From assembly GCA_013265495.1 (NCBI GenBank), contig MU058463.1, forward strand, positions 558,001 through 622,000: a stretch of DNA of 64,000 nucleotides. The letters are read 5' to 3'. This DNA is from Vicugna vicugna (Eukaryota). Shown one piece after another: positions 25,420 to 36,400 of this stretch. The translations under genes and the position numbers were made by a program. Under the pieces are notes generated by a model. The model searched no databases. It was given only the letters and a program-made list of their open reading frames with translations, and was not told where the DNA came from. Every line of letters starts with the position of its first letter. Positions within the stretch are counted from its first letter, which is position 1.

Positions 25420-25805
25420 AGGGTGGAGACAGTATGAAATGGAGTTGGACAGTTCCAGATTAAGGACTAATGCAAGAAGGATATGGTATTATGAGGATTC
25501 TCAAGCAGCTGGTAGAGAAGCCAATGTGTGGTAGAACTGAGCCTTCTTCCCAAACACTGGCCCCATTATCCAGGCATGAGATTGAATCACACTTAAGCTC
25601 AAACTTCCAGCCCCTGTTAACCTTTTAAATGATTCTAACCTTGGCCAATACTGTCATTGCAGCCTCTGAGAGAGATTGAGGTAGAGCTATGCAGAGGATA
25701 TCTTTCTAAAGTCCTGCTCCATGAAAACCAAGAAAACAAATGTTAATTGCGTCAAAGCACTAAATATGGGAATAAGTTGTTACAGAGCACTAGGTAATTA
25801 CCACA
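25420..25805 (+). mobile_element. MLT1 (MaLR) LTR, 3' part
   Basis: 'cttccagcccc...gcagcctctgagagag' and terminal 'gttgttacagagcactaggtaattaccaca'. Confidence 0.7.
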
Positions 25806-26438
25806 GATTAAAGTATATTAAACAGATACAACACTGAGTACAAAATATTCAGGGGGAAAAAGCCTCATCTACTCTCTATCCCATTTTCTCAGGTCAGTAA
25901 ACAAAGACTACAAATTATTAGATCTAATTGTATCATTTTAATTGATATAGTGTAGATACCTAATAATCATGAAATATCTATTTGTATGGTACTATTTCAA
26001 ATTTATATAAATCTGCATATTTACAAAAATATTTTATAGAAATACGTGCATTTAAAAAATGCTAAATACAAGGTGTGTATCTTGTTATATATGGGAGATG
26101 TGCTCTTTAAATACAATACAGAATTACTTTGTTATTAACAAATGCAAGATATAAAAATATGACATTTTCAAGTAGATGTAGCTGTTTCCCGAATTGACCA
26201 AATTTCATTGGCATAAACATGCCTTTCGTGTTTGTAATAAAATTATCATAATTGGGGTAATTTGACCATGTGAAAAAAAATCCTTTATTAGTGTATCCTG
26301 TCTTTATATGTAATTGAAATATATCCAAAAAATGGTTATTTTTTTCACACAATGATTGGCATTTTGCAGCTCTGAAACAAAACAGGAATGTCAAATCTTC
26401 CTTCAAAATACTGATCAAAACACTTCGTTATGCTACAG

Positions 26439-26471
<33 letters not shown>
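26439..26471. repeat. Compound (AC)n(AT)n microsatellite
   Basis: Directly visible. Confidence 0.9.
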
Positions 26472-26472
<1 letters not shown>

Positions 26473-27039
26473 TCAAAGAACAGTATTTATTTATATTTTA
26501 AGAGTTCATGCAGGTAAAACCCCAGGAACTGTGCTTCACAAATGGTAAGAATACCGGAAGTGTTGAAGTTTAATTAAAATATGTAAAACACACAGTCAAA
26601 ATAAATGCAAAGTGTAAGTTCTTTGATACTCAGTTTCTCTAGTTAGTTCTATTTATTTTGTGCCTTCATTCATGTATCTGTGAAATTTTTGATTCATTTT
26701 TCAAGTCATTCCTACTTGTCATATCAATAAGCAGAGTAGCATGTACATAATAAGCACTTGATAAAGTTATGAATGTATGAATAAATGTATCAGTTAATCA
26801 ATTTGAAATTGACTTATTCTTACTAAGTTACTGTTTTTCAGAATGTTTAATATTCTACACATTGTTTCTAACTATGAGTTTGTCTATTAAAAAATAATAA
26901 AATATTTCAAATCATAGAGTATCAGAGAATTCCAAGTGAGCTGATTAAATATATATTATCATTATTTATTATTAATTTCAGTTATTGTTAATAATAATAC
27001 CAACACACCACAGGAAAACACATCATAGCCAAACTTCTG

Positions 27040-27650
27040 AAATCTCAATATATGACAGCCAAAAATAAAGAAAGCTGATGACAGAAAATAAAGAAGAAAT
27101 ATAAGCAGATTTTCTAACAGAAAACAGTCAAAGTAGAAATCATACAAATAACTTCTTTGAAGTGCTGAAAAGAAAAAATCCTGTCTGTCTAGAATTCTAT
27201 CATAAGCAAAAATATACTACAAAAAAAGAAATGGACAAAAAACATTGTCAGAAATGTAAAATGTGAGAGAATACAATTCTAGCATATCAGTGACATAGGA
27301 AAATTTAAAGGAAACATTTCAGACAGAAGTTTGGCATGAGACAATTGCATCTGTCTACCAGACATGAAGAGTGCTGAAGATAATAATAAAGGAGGTAAAT
27401 ATAATTTTTAAAAATTTAATTGCGAAAAGATAATTGGCTGCCTAAAGTGAAAATAATAAATGTGCACTGTTATTTATAAATACATGAAAAATAAAATGAT
27501 TGGTAATATTGCAGAGGAGGATAGAGAGGTATTTTAACTATATATGAAGTAATAGTAAAATAAAAAGGTTATCATTTATAAATTATTTGAAAGTAGAATG
27601 TGGTAAATAACATAAATTTTATACTTAATGGTAGCCATTATATTTTTTTT
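27040..27650 (+). mobile_element. Old L1 ORF1 C-terminal/inter-ORF remnant
   Basis: 'gcagattttctaacagaaaac...ctttgaagtgctgaaaagaaaaaa...ctagaattctat'. Confidence 0.65.
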
Positions 27651-27664
27651 AGAAGAGATTAACT

Positions 27665-27955
27665 ACTTAGTTAGGCTTCTATCTTCCCACAGAAACTAGA
27701 CATAGTGGTGCTTCCATCCTTAATGATTGCATTTCAAAGAGATGTTTCCCAAGTCCTTGAGAAAGATAGTCCTGGGTTTTAAGACTGCCAAGAGGCTTTA
27801 AAAATATTTACATCTCAAAGGGGAAGAGAAACGGTTTACAATTGCTACTTTTCTAAAGCAAATACTTCAATAAAAGAGAAGACAGGGACCTAAAGACAGG
27901 AGAAACCTGCCTAAAATTTGTCAAACTGAAAGGACCGTTAAGGATGTCTTGATCA
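27665..27955 (-). mobile_element. Partial ERV1-type LTR, same family as 3665-4210
   Basis: Shared 'gatt(g/a)catttcaaa', 'atttacatctcaaa', 'tttacaatt'; ends 'gtcttgatca'. Confidence 0.75.
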
Positions 27956-29390
27956 TATGTATCTTCTCATTTCAAACAAGTATATTGGCATAGCACTTCA
28001 TATTTATCTAGAAACTTGTACATGATATGATTGAATCAAAACTTATGATCACTTGATCACATTGTTTAATGAAATTTTTAAATTGTATACTAACATGTAT
28101 ATACACAAATATCTATAAATGTTTCTATATGTAACGATAAACAAACCTCTACATATGTGAATGTACACATATTCACAAATATTTATATATATACACATAT
28201 AATTCTCTGTATCTATATTAAGCTAAAATAACTTTATACTGATGTCTCCAACTCTTCTTACCACTTGGGCATTCTAGTGTTCTGTCCTTACTTTTCTGTA
28301 AGCCCCTCTTCTAATAACAAGAAACATTGGTCCTAATATTGACCTTCAATTTAATTAATTGTTCAGTTGCAGTGTTCATGTACAGTGTTATAATTATTAA
28401 CCCAAATTAGACTGTTAGGTCACAGCCTGCATTCCATCTTAGGATTCCACGATCTCCTTAAAAATTTCTTACATTTGCATACATAAAGCTTCCCTTTTAT
28501 GCTATAAAGATCTATGGGTTCTGACAAGGCATAATATCCTGTATCCACCATTGCAATATCATATGTTTCACCACTCTAAAATATTTCCTCTGCCTCAACA
28601 AATCAGTGTTGTCCTACTTCCCCTTAATTAGTTTGCTAAGGCTGCCATAAAAAGATGCTATGCCTAGGATGGCTTAAAAAAAAAGGAAATTTATTTTCTC
28701 ATAACTCTGAAGGTTGGAAGTCTAAGACCAAGGTCCCAGCAGGGTTGCTTTCCACTGAGGCCTCTCCCCTTGACTTGCAGATTGCATCCTCTTGCTGCCT
28801 CTTTAAATGGTCATCTCTCTGAGCATGCACACTCCTGGTTTCTCTTTGTCCTTATCTCCTCTTCCTATAAGGACACCAGGCAAATTGGATTGGGGCCTAC
28901 TATAAAGACTTTATGTTAACTTATTTACCTTTTTAAGACCCTATCTCCAAATACAGTTATATTCTGAGGTACTGTGAAAATTCAATATATGAATTTTCAA
29001 GTGCACAATTCAGCCCATAACAACCCGCAACCCCATGGTAACTAATGACATTTTTATCTTTGATATAGTTTTGTCTTTTATAGAATGTTCTATAACCAGT
29101 ATCATACATATGGAGCCTTCACAGACTGGTTACGTTCACTTAGCAATACTAATTTAATATTTATGCATGCCTTTTAATGGCCTGAGAATGAATTTTTTTG
29201 TTGTTGTTGTTCAATATTTAATTGTATGGCTGTGCCTTAGCTTGTTTATCTATTCACCTGTTCAAAAATATCTTAGTTGTTTCTGTTTTTTTTTTTAAGT
29301 ATGAATGAAACTGCTATAAAGATTTCTGTGCAGTTTTTTGCATGACGTATTTTAAATCAGTTAGGTAAATACCTAGAAGTATTTACTTGC
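27956..29390 (-). mobile_element. Old L1 (L1MC/L1MD-like) 3' region interrupted by an MLT1 LTR
   Basis: 'ctatgggttctgacaa', 'gccttcacagactggttacgttcacttagcaata', 'ctgctataaagatttctgtgcag'. Confidence 0.7.
28624..29022 (-). mobile_element. MLT1A-like solo LTR
   Basis: 'attagtttgctaaggctgccataa...aaatttattttctcataactctgaaggttggaagtctaagacc...cacaattcagcccataaca'. Confidence 0.85.
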
Positions 29391-29929
29391 TTGTGATTGC
29401 TTGGTGTTATCTTCCTTTCTAATTGGTATACCTTAATGAAATTTGTCATGCTCAATGCAAAAGAAGAACAACTGCTTAATTTTGTAGGCAAGGTATTTGT
29501 ATAGAGTACATGATGTTGTAACACAGTTTGAAAGTGACACTTATTTGTTTAACTAGTAACCAATACCTTATTTCTCTTTTAACACTGAAGAGAACCATCT
29601 GTCCAGTGATTCATTTTGTTAAGCATTATCTTATGATTCAAAATTATTTTGAAGTAGATTTATAATATTTTTCTGTATTTTTATATTAAGTACAGTCCTC
29701 TTTAATATTTTTCTTGATATTGCAAGAACAATGCTTTAAAAATTTATAATATAGTGTTCCTGGAAGTACATTACTATGCTCCTCCATCCTAGATTCTTTG
29801 TTTTCATTCCAGAACACTGCTGTTATATCAAGGCTGCCCTTCATTACTCTACCTGATTTGATCCTCTGTTTTCTATATTCTGTGCATTAACCTTTCATAG
29901 TTAACTCCCACATTCTAATTAAACATCCC

Positions 29930-30230
29930 TTCAAGTGACATTCCAACGGGAACATAAGCATTGTCCAAAAATATCTGTTTTCCACTAAGCTAGCAATCAT
30001 TTTCACATGTGACTGATAGTTTGGTGGAAAACAGGATTTTGAATTTAAAATAATTGTCTATCTGAATTTTAAGGCATTACTTTATTATTCTTGAGGACTC
30101 TGCATTTATTATGAGAAGCCCAAGGCTAGTATCATGTTTATTATTATTTAAGTTACCTCTTTTTCTATCTTGAGCATCTGTTTCTCTTTGATGATATGAA
30201 ATTTCACAGAAATTTGTAGCACTATGAGTG
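29930..30230 (-). mobile_element. Ancient L1 ORF1-region remnant
   Basis: 'gatagtttgg...aggattttg...tctgaattttaaggcatt...gagaagccc'. Confidence 0.45.
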
Positions 30231-31791
30231 TGTGCTTTTACTTTTTCTAAGCACGCATTTAAAATTTTTATTTTGTTGGGAAGTTGAACTGTTTAATCTG
30301 AGGAAGAAGCCACCTCAAAACAATAAAGCAGTCAGTTTTTATAATAATAAAACATTATTATTTTTAGGATTTTCCAGGTAGATTTGGTTTCTCTTACTCA
30401 GCCATACTTGTTGTATAAGTGGACCTTTGTTTCTTATAGCAAAGGATGTATATTCCATTTCTGCTAGGTTTTCATAAATTCTCGAAGGCTATGAGTGAAA
30501 CCTCTCTGGCTGTCAGGTATTCACAAATAACATAAGCCTCAGCAACAAAATAGTTAGCCTGAAGAAATTACCATCTGTAATCATTCACTGCTCTCATTAA
30601 ACATAATCATAGTTTTAACACTGTATTTGAGCAAAATATTACTGTTCAATATGTTTTCTTTGTTTTTTCATCTTTTGTACTTTTAGCATAAACATATTAC
30701 TCATGAATATTTTAATGTGTTAAGGACTGTAAAATGTATGTTATTTTCTATGTAAGTATCCAGATGTATTACTTACATTATACCTTGTACCCCAATTTAT
30801 AAATGACATTGGCTGAGTATTTTCACAAAATTATTATCATCATTTAATAAATTCCTCATAGAGCACAACCTTTAGTTTTAATATCTTTGGACACTTTAAT
30901 TTGTGAACGGATATTTAACAGATCTGAGGTGATAAAAATAGAAATTGTTGGGGAAATTTCATTCATTTGTGATTAAATTGCAAGAATCACATATTTCATG
31001 ACAACATGTATCCATTAATAATATAAACATCTTGGCGTATATCATATATAACTTAGAATCAGAAAGATATAAACACATTTTATAATAATAAAATATTATT
31101 AAATGCATTTAGTAGAAATTTACTTGTATTTATTAAAACACATTGGTTCTATCATTTAAATTATGACTGGAAATCACTTTGAGGTAATGTGTTCCTTTTC
31201 TTTCCTTCTTATATTTAACCATTTCCTACCCAGTCCCCATTCTCACTTGCCAGTAACCCAGCACTATTAGTCTTTGTGTTTTCTTGTCTCAGGGAAGGTA
31301 TGTGGGAGGGCTAAAAGCAGAAATCGCCTCTGTGAATCCTAATTAACATTTCCAGATTCCACCTGTGATAGAAGAGAAACATTAGAATGCAGAAATGATA
31401 CATTTGCTTTGAAAAATCTAAAAAAGCAATGGTTAACTTAAAAGAGGTTTCTACTGGTTTGGAAAAAGAGTTCTCTGGGACCCAGGACCCAAAGTTCCTG
31501 GATACTACTTGCCTTACATGGCCACATCCAAGTGCAGATGACAAGGTTCTAAGAAGAGAATGGTAATATGGTTCAGCTAGGTAGTTAATGTCCTGGATTT
31601 CAGCCATTACAACCTTGAGAAAAAAATTCAGTGTTTCAAACATGCTATAAAAGCAGTGGAAATTTGCCAGTTCTAAAGAGGATAGAAATAATGGAAGATA
31701 CAGAGGACTGGAGATAAAGGAACACTTCCCATCCACCAAACTCACTCATTCTTTAATACTTTATAAGCCTTAGATCCTTACTATACACCGT

Positions 31792-32350
31792 TGTGATGAG
31801 GGGGGAAAAAGCTATTTTGCTATTTTGAGTTACTGCCTAAGCATGACAGCCCTGCTCACACCCAGAGTTTGGACATTTAGGTAAGAATGTAAACTTAGGA
31901 TTCCTGCTGCAAGGTCCCACTTTGCTTTTCTTGGGGCACCTTTTAAAATAACCAGTTAGAGTTGATCCTCAAAAAGTTAGTGACCTCAACCCTAACCACT
32001 TTATTATTACAATAGGTGCTTGCAACCCTGCTCTCCATCTCCTGCTCGCTGATGTTCTGGGTCAGAGGACTGCCCTTCTTCCATTTTATTGTGACAGCTG
32101 TCCCCTTCTGGAATCTGTAAGTAATAAATCTTGTGACTTTACCTCCTTTGTTGAATATATTGAAACTGAGCCTTCGATCAAAATGACCCCAGTGGTTTCA
32201 CTTCCCCAAAGTGAGAAGTTGGATGCTAAGGGAGCTACCTGTCAACCCTGTGTGAGCACTTGTGCCTCCTCTTTCAGAAGGTCATAATCTGCATATTCTT
32301 AATTTAGTACACCAGGTACTGTGCTGCTTCCTGCCCCATGCCTGAACACA
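31792..32350 (+). mobile_element. ERVL-type solo LTR (MER54/73/74-like)
   Basis: TG...CA termini; 'ctgtaagtaataaa' poly(A) region near 32115-32127 with a long U5; imperfect 5-bp flanks ACCGT/ACTGC. Confidence 0.55.
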
Positions 32351-32521
32351 ACTGCCTTCTCAAAAGTTATGTCTTTGTATGCTAATTTAAAAAAAAAAGC
32401 ATGAGAGATGAATGTTTCAAGTTGTCCATGCCATTAATTTATGTATAATTTATTTTATATAGGCTAACTCTAACAGCATTTTATGGCAAAAATGCAAATT
32501 CAAGTACTTTTGTTACTTAAA

Positions 32522-32700
32522 TTTAGTGAAAAGAGCATACATAGGATTTGGAGTTAGAAGACATCTTAAATCTTGTCTCTGTTGCTTTTATCATGCCTTA
32601 TACAAGTTATTGATCGTCTCAGACCAGTTTCTCTACTCATAAAAATTATGATAATGATTCCAAAGTCTCTTATGTGTTTTGAGAATCAAATGATTTAGTG
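32522..32700 (+). mobile_element. MIR SINE
   Basis: 'aagagcat...tttggagttagaagac...caagttatt...tctcagaccagtttctctactcataaaa...gagaatcaaatga'. Confidence 0.7.
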
Positions 32701-33149
32701 AATAATCTATTAATTTCAAAAGGTTATTATAAATCATCAAGAAGCCATATAAAGTCATAGAGAATTTCAGTAATTAAAGACCTATTGTTCTAAGAGAAAT
32801 TTTCCTATAAAATCATTAGGGAAAAGAAACTATACTCACAGATGTAAATGATTTATGAAGAAATACTTAATTACTAATATAGTACATGCCATTTAAATTA
32901 AAATGTGGATAGTATTTATTTAAATGTATTATGATTCCAAAATTAATTTAGCATTTTGAGTTTTATTGATATGATGATTCACATAAAACATTAAGATGAA
33001 ACTTCAATAGAGTAAAATTGCAAAAGAAATTTGTTCTCATTTCATGAAAAATTTAAGGAGCCCATCTAATTGAACTACAAGGATACAATGTAATACAAGA
33101 AACAGTTTACACCAGTTGGTAAATTCACTGAATTTCTATATTATGTATA

Positions 33150-33336
33150 CAGTTGACCCTTGAACAATGAGTTTTTGAACTGCCAAGGTCCACTTAAACA
33201 CAGATATTTTTCAATAGTAAATACTATGGTAATATACAATTCGTGGTTTGAATCCATGGATTCAGGGGAACCACAGATACGAAGGGTTGACTATAATTAT
33301 ACTAAATTAACCCCCTCTTTGCTCAAGGGTCAACTG
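33150..33336. mobile_element. Tigger2-derived MITE (MER8-like, Tc1/mariner)
   Basis: TIRs CAGTTGACCCTTGAACAA / TTGCTCAAGGGTCAACTG (17/18); TA TSD on both sides. Confidence 0.92.
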
Positions 33337-33628
33337 TATTGGCATTGAAAACCTCAAAATTGTTAACAAATTATAATATCTTAAGTAACGCTGTTAAGAA
33401 ATGACATCCTAAACTACATCTTTGATGGATGATTGTAACTTAAGATGTCATGTAAAACTACATTTAAATGGATTTTATGTAACAGTTCAATCAAATAAAT
33501 TTTTACAAATGATTAGTTATTTGAATGAGCAGTGATTTTAAAATAGACTTATTATGTGGTATATGCTACACTGTTTTATACAAAAGTAGTAGTATATCAG
33601 AAGCAGATCTTTAATAAAACAAGTTTTT

Positions 33629-33788
33629 CAGTCATTAATGCTGTTTGTCTCGGAAACAGAAATTTTTCCTCTGATAGTTCAGCACTCAACAGTGCTGTGA
33701 ACATATTGATCGGTAATCAACTGCTGACACAGTTATTTGGCTTAAGCCATATATTTACTGAATTGCAAACACAGCATTATGACAGGCA
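33629..33788. other. Palindromic multi-hairpin element, probably the ancient conserved repeat MER135
   Basis: Terminal inverted repeat GTCATTAATGCTGT / ACAGCATTATGAC plus several internal hairpins; family name from recalled consensus. Confidence 0.55.
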
Positions 33789-34329
33789 TATATAAAACAG
33801 TTTTCTAGTACACACAAAAACTCATTACACACACTTTATCTAAATGACAATTTTATCTACAGTTTTCTTTCTTCAATTTGTTTAGTAAAAAGTGTGTATG
33901 TTAGTCACCAGAAAAATAACATATTGCTATAAATCATCTCCTAAAACAAAATTAATTTTGTATTTCCTCATTTATAATAAAGATCTGAGTAGATTTTAAA
34001 AGCCTATGAATAGCACATATTCTGTATAGCTTGATTTCAGAGCATTAGCATTTTGCATGTTAATTTGTCAGCAATATCTAAAAGTTGTGGGAGAACTTTT
34101 CTTTTATGGGGGATTTATAAATTTAATTAATATTGTAAAAATCGTTGCCGTTTTACTACTTTATATTTCATATATGGGACCAATTATTCTTCAATATTTT
34201 AGCACACCACTAAGCAAATATATAATGGAAAAATCATTAGCAAATATGATTTTGATAGTTTTAAGGACCTATACTTTTCTTATAGTTCATAATGTGGTAT
34301 CTTCTAAGGCTTATAACTAGAGAGGTGCA

Positions 34330-34625
34330 AGGTACATACGTTCATGTGCCAAGCACCATGCTTGGTGCTTAAGAATTTAAAAAAGGAAAAAGAGTATTTA
34401 TACATGTAGTGTAGGATGACTTCTATATGTACAAGAAACAATATTGCTGTAAAGAAGACATAATTTGTTTCATTTTTCTCTTGATGGTCATGGAAGACCT
34501 TCCAAAAGAAGTGTCATAGGTTTTAGGTTTTACTTTGACTTCCATTTGTAAAGATGCAAAGAAGTACATGCCATAAAGCAGGAAATACATTTTTGAAATT
34601 CCTGAATAAATGATAACATTGTTTT
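34330..34625 (-). mobile_element. L2 3' fragment
   Basis: 'atgtgccaagcaccatgcttggtgct...ggtcatggaagaccttccaaaagaagtgtca'. Confidence 0.55.
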
Positions 34626-34956
34626 CAGAGTTTCCTGATCATATCTGACCACGTTTTCTACTACTTGACTGTGTTCATAATTCAAACAAGTACATTATTG
34701 TAAAATGCCCTATAATTTAATTGCACATGCACGTAATTTTAAATGGCACTTGCTAAACTGTATTCTGAAAAGTGTTTCTTCCAGGAATGATATTAAGTGC
34801 TGCATACATTTTAGCATATGATACATGAAGTGTCACAAAAATATTCCAAAAGGAAATAGTAGATAATTACATATTTTAGAAATTCTTGACCAAATGGCAG
34901 AAAAATATGAGAACTTACTGGAAACAAAGAAAAACCAAAATGAATTGCAAGTTCAG

Positions 34957-35108
34957 GGGGGAGGATATAGCTGAAGCACTAGAGCACATGCTTAACATGC
35001 ATGAGGTCCTGGGTTCAAACCCCAGTACCTCCTCTAAGAATAAATAAATAAACAAACCAGCAAACAAACAAACAAACATAATTACCTCTGCACTCAAAAA
35101 AAAAAAAT
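34957..35108 (+). mobile_element. tRNA-derived SINE (Vic-1-like)
   Basis: tRNA-like head with A box (tagctgaagcactag) and B box (ggttcaaaccc); AAAT/AAAC middle; poly(A); 24-bp TSD. Confidence 0.9.
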
Positions 35109-35599
35109 AACCAAAATGAATTGCAAGTTCAGAGATGTGAATACTTACTGGACCTGGGGTATCTGCAGATCTCTTCTGCCTTTGAACCTGCAGTTAATGC
35201 ATTACACAGACGATGTTGTGGTCTTGTGTGGGATACCAGATGAAGCCTAGCACTCAAGCACTTCCAGTTTTTAATCTAGAGATTAGAGGAAGAGGATTTT
35301 AAATATCTAATCATATTGCTGGAGAAGTAAATAGATCATTGGGAGGAGGTGGTATTCAAAAAAATAAATAAATAAAAGGGTGTATATATTTCAGAGTTGT
35401 TAAAAAACACAAATCAAGAAGACCAAAGAATTCCAAGCAGGTTTAAACTAAAGAAAAACTACTTCTAAACCTGCTCATGAATATTAAAAGACAACATAAC
35501 CAAATTAAATTAAATCAAATAGGAGATTGATTTAACTTAATTAGGAGGATGTAGTAGTGCAACTGCAGATAAAGGTGAAAATATCTCTCAAAGTGGGGA

Positions 35600-36400
35600 T
35601 TTTGAGGGAAAGCTACACAAATGTTACCTGACCCTCATTAAAAAATGTATTATTGAAATGTATGGCATGTCTGAATGGGGTCTGAATCCCTTTAAACAAA
35701 CAATTGGGAAAAGGAAAATAGTGTAAATCTGTCCTTCATCCTGTTCAATATAGCATGCAAAATGGTGAGCCTTTAGAATTATTTAAACCCACTCAAGTAG
35801 CTAATTTAAAACAATTTGCCCAGAGGTGAGGGACAATTGGGAAATTTTGACTAACTAATTAACCAGAACTAATTACAAGAAATGTCTGTAACAAACACTT
35901 CATTGACTGGAGCCTCTGGGAAAGGCCCGTGACAGCCAATCACCATCCACTGCTGTCATTTGATGCAGATTCAAGGTACATCCTATTTGAAAGGGCTTGT
36001 CATTGAATTTTCATTGAAACTTTCTCTATTCTGGAAGAATATAACATATTGTGAACCGAAATAACCTTCATGTCTTGGGCTATGACAAATTCCATTCCCA
36101 AAAGAATGAAAATGCACAAATTTCCTTTGTTAACTGAATACGCGTTCAAAAAACATGACGTTCGTGACCACTGGAGTATCAGGGACTATATGAGCTGGTG
36201 GGTACCTTACTTTTTGTCTGTACCAGCATTAGATACCCCTCAGGATTTACCAAATCCTATGGCCAAAGGGTTCGCTTCTCATGATCAGTTATTGAAAGAT
36301 GCCAAATAGTGTACATGGTTTACAGAAGGTAAATCAAAGGCAGGTAAGTGGTCCTTGGTCTAAAAAGCAATTGCAATGCAAATAGTTGATAGTCAATTGG
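35600..36400 (+). pseudogene. ERV-L-class pro/pol remnant (protease end, RT start, tether/RNase H)
   Basis: KCIIEMYGMSEW (35643-35678), EPLELFKPTQVANLKQF (35767-35817) and PMAKGFASHDQLLKDAK*CTWFTEG (to ~36330) resemble ERV-L ECIIGIDIL..W, KPLELP..IVNQKQY and PMASWGVPYDQL..AWFTDG. Confidence 0.7.

Noticed and set aside
26107..26418. Minus-strand terminal exon (acceptor-like TTCCTGTTTTGTTTCAG near 26372, AATAAA near 26285)
   Set aside because: Such signals are frequent by chance in AT-rich DNA; the 103-aa ORF has no recognisable similarity and no partner exon is evident.
30274..30620. Possible TG...CA solo LTR
   Set aside because: No TSD and no family I can recognise.
31311..31745. 144-aa ORF (and the 145-aa ORF at 44106-44543)
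   Set aside because: No recognisable homology; the second lies within an L2 fragment.
34957..35030. Functional tRNA gene (also 45505-45579)
   Set aside because: SINE head with SINE body, tail and flanking duplication; cloverleaf degenerate.
34933..35132. CRISPR-like direct repeats (also 46101-46154)
   Set aside because: Only two copies each, explained as a TSD and a tandem duplication; eukaryotic context with no cas genes.
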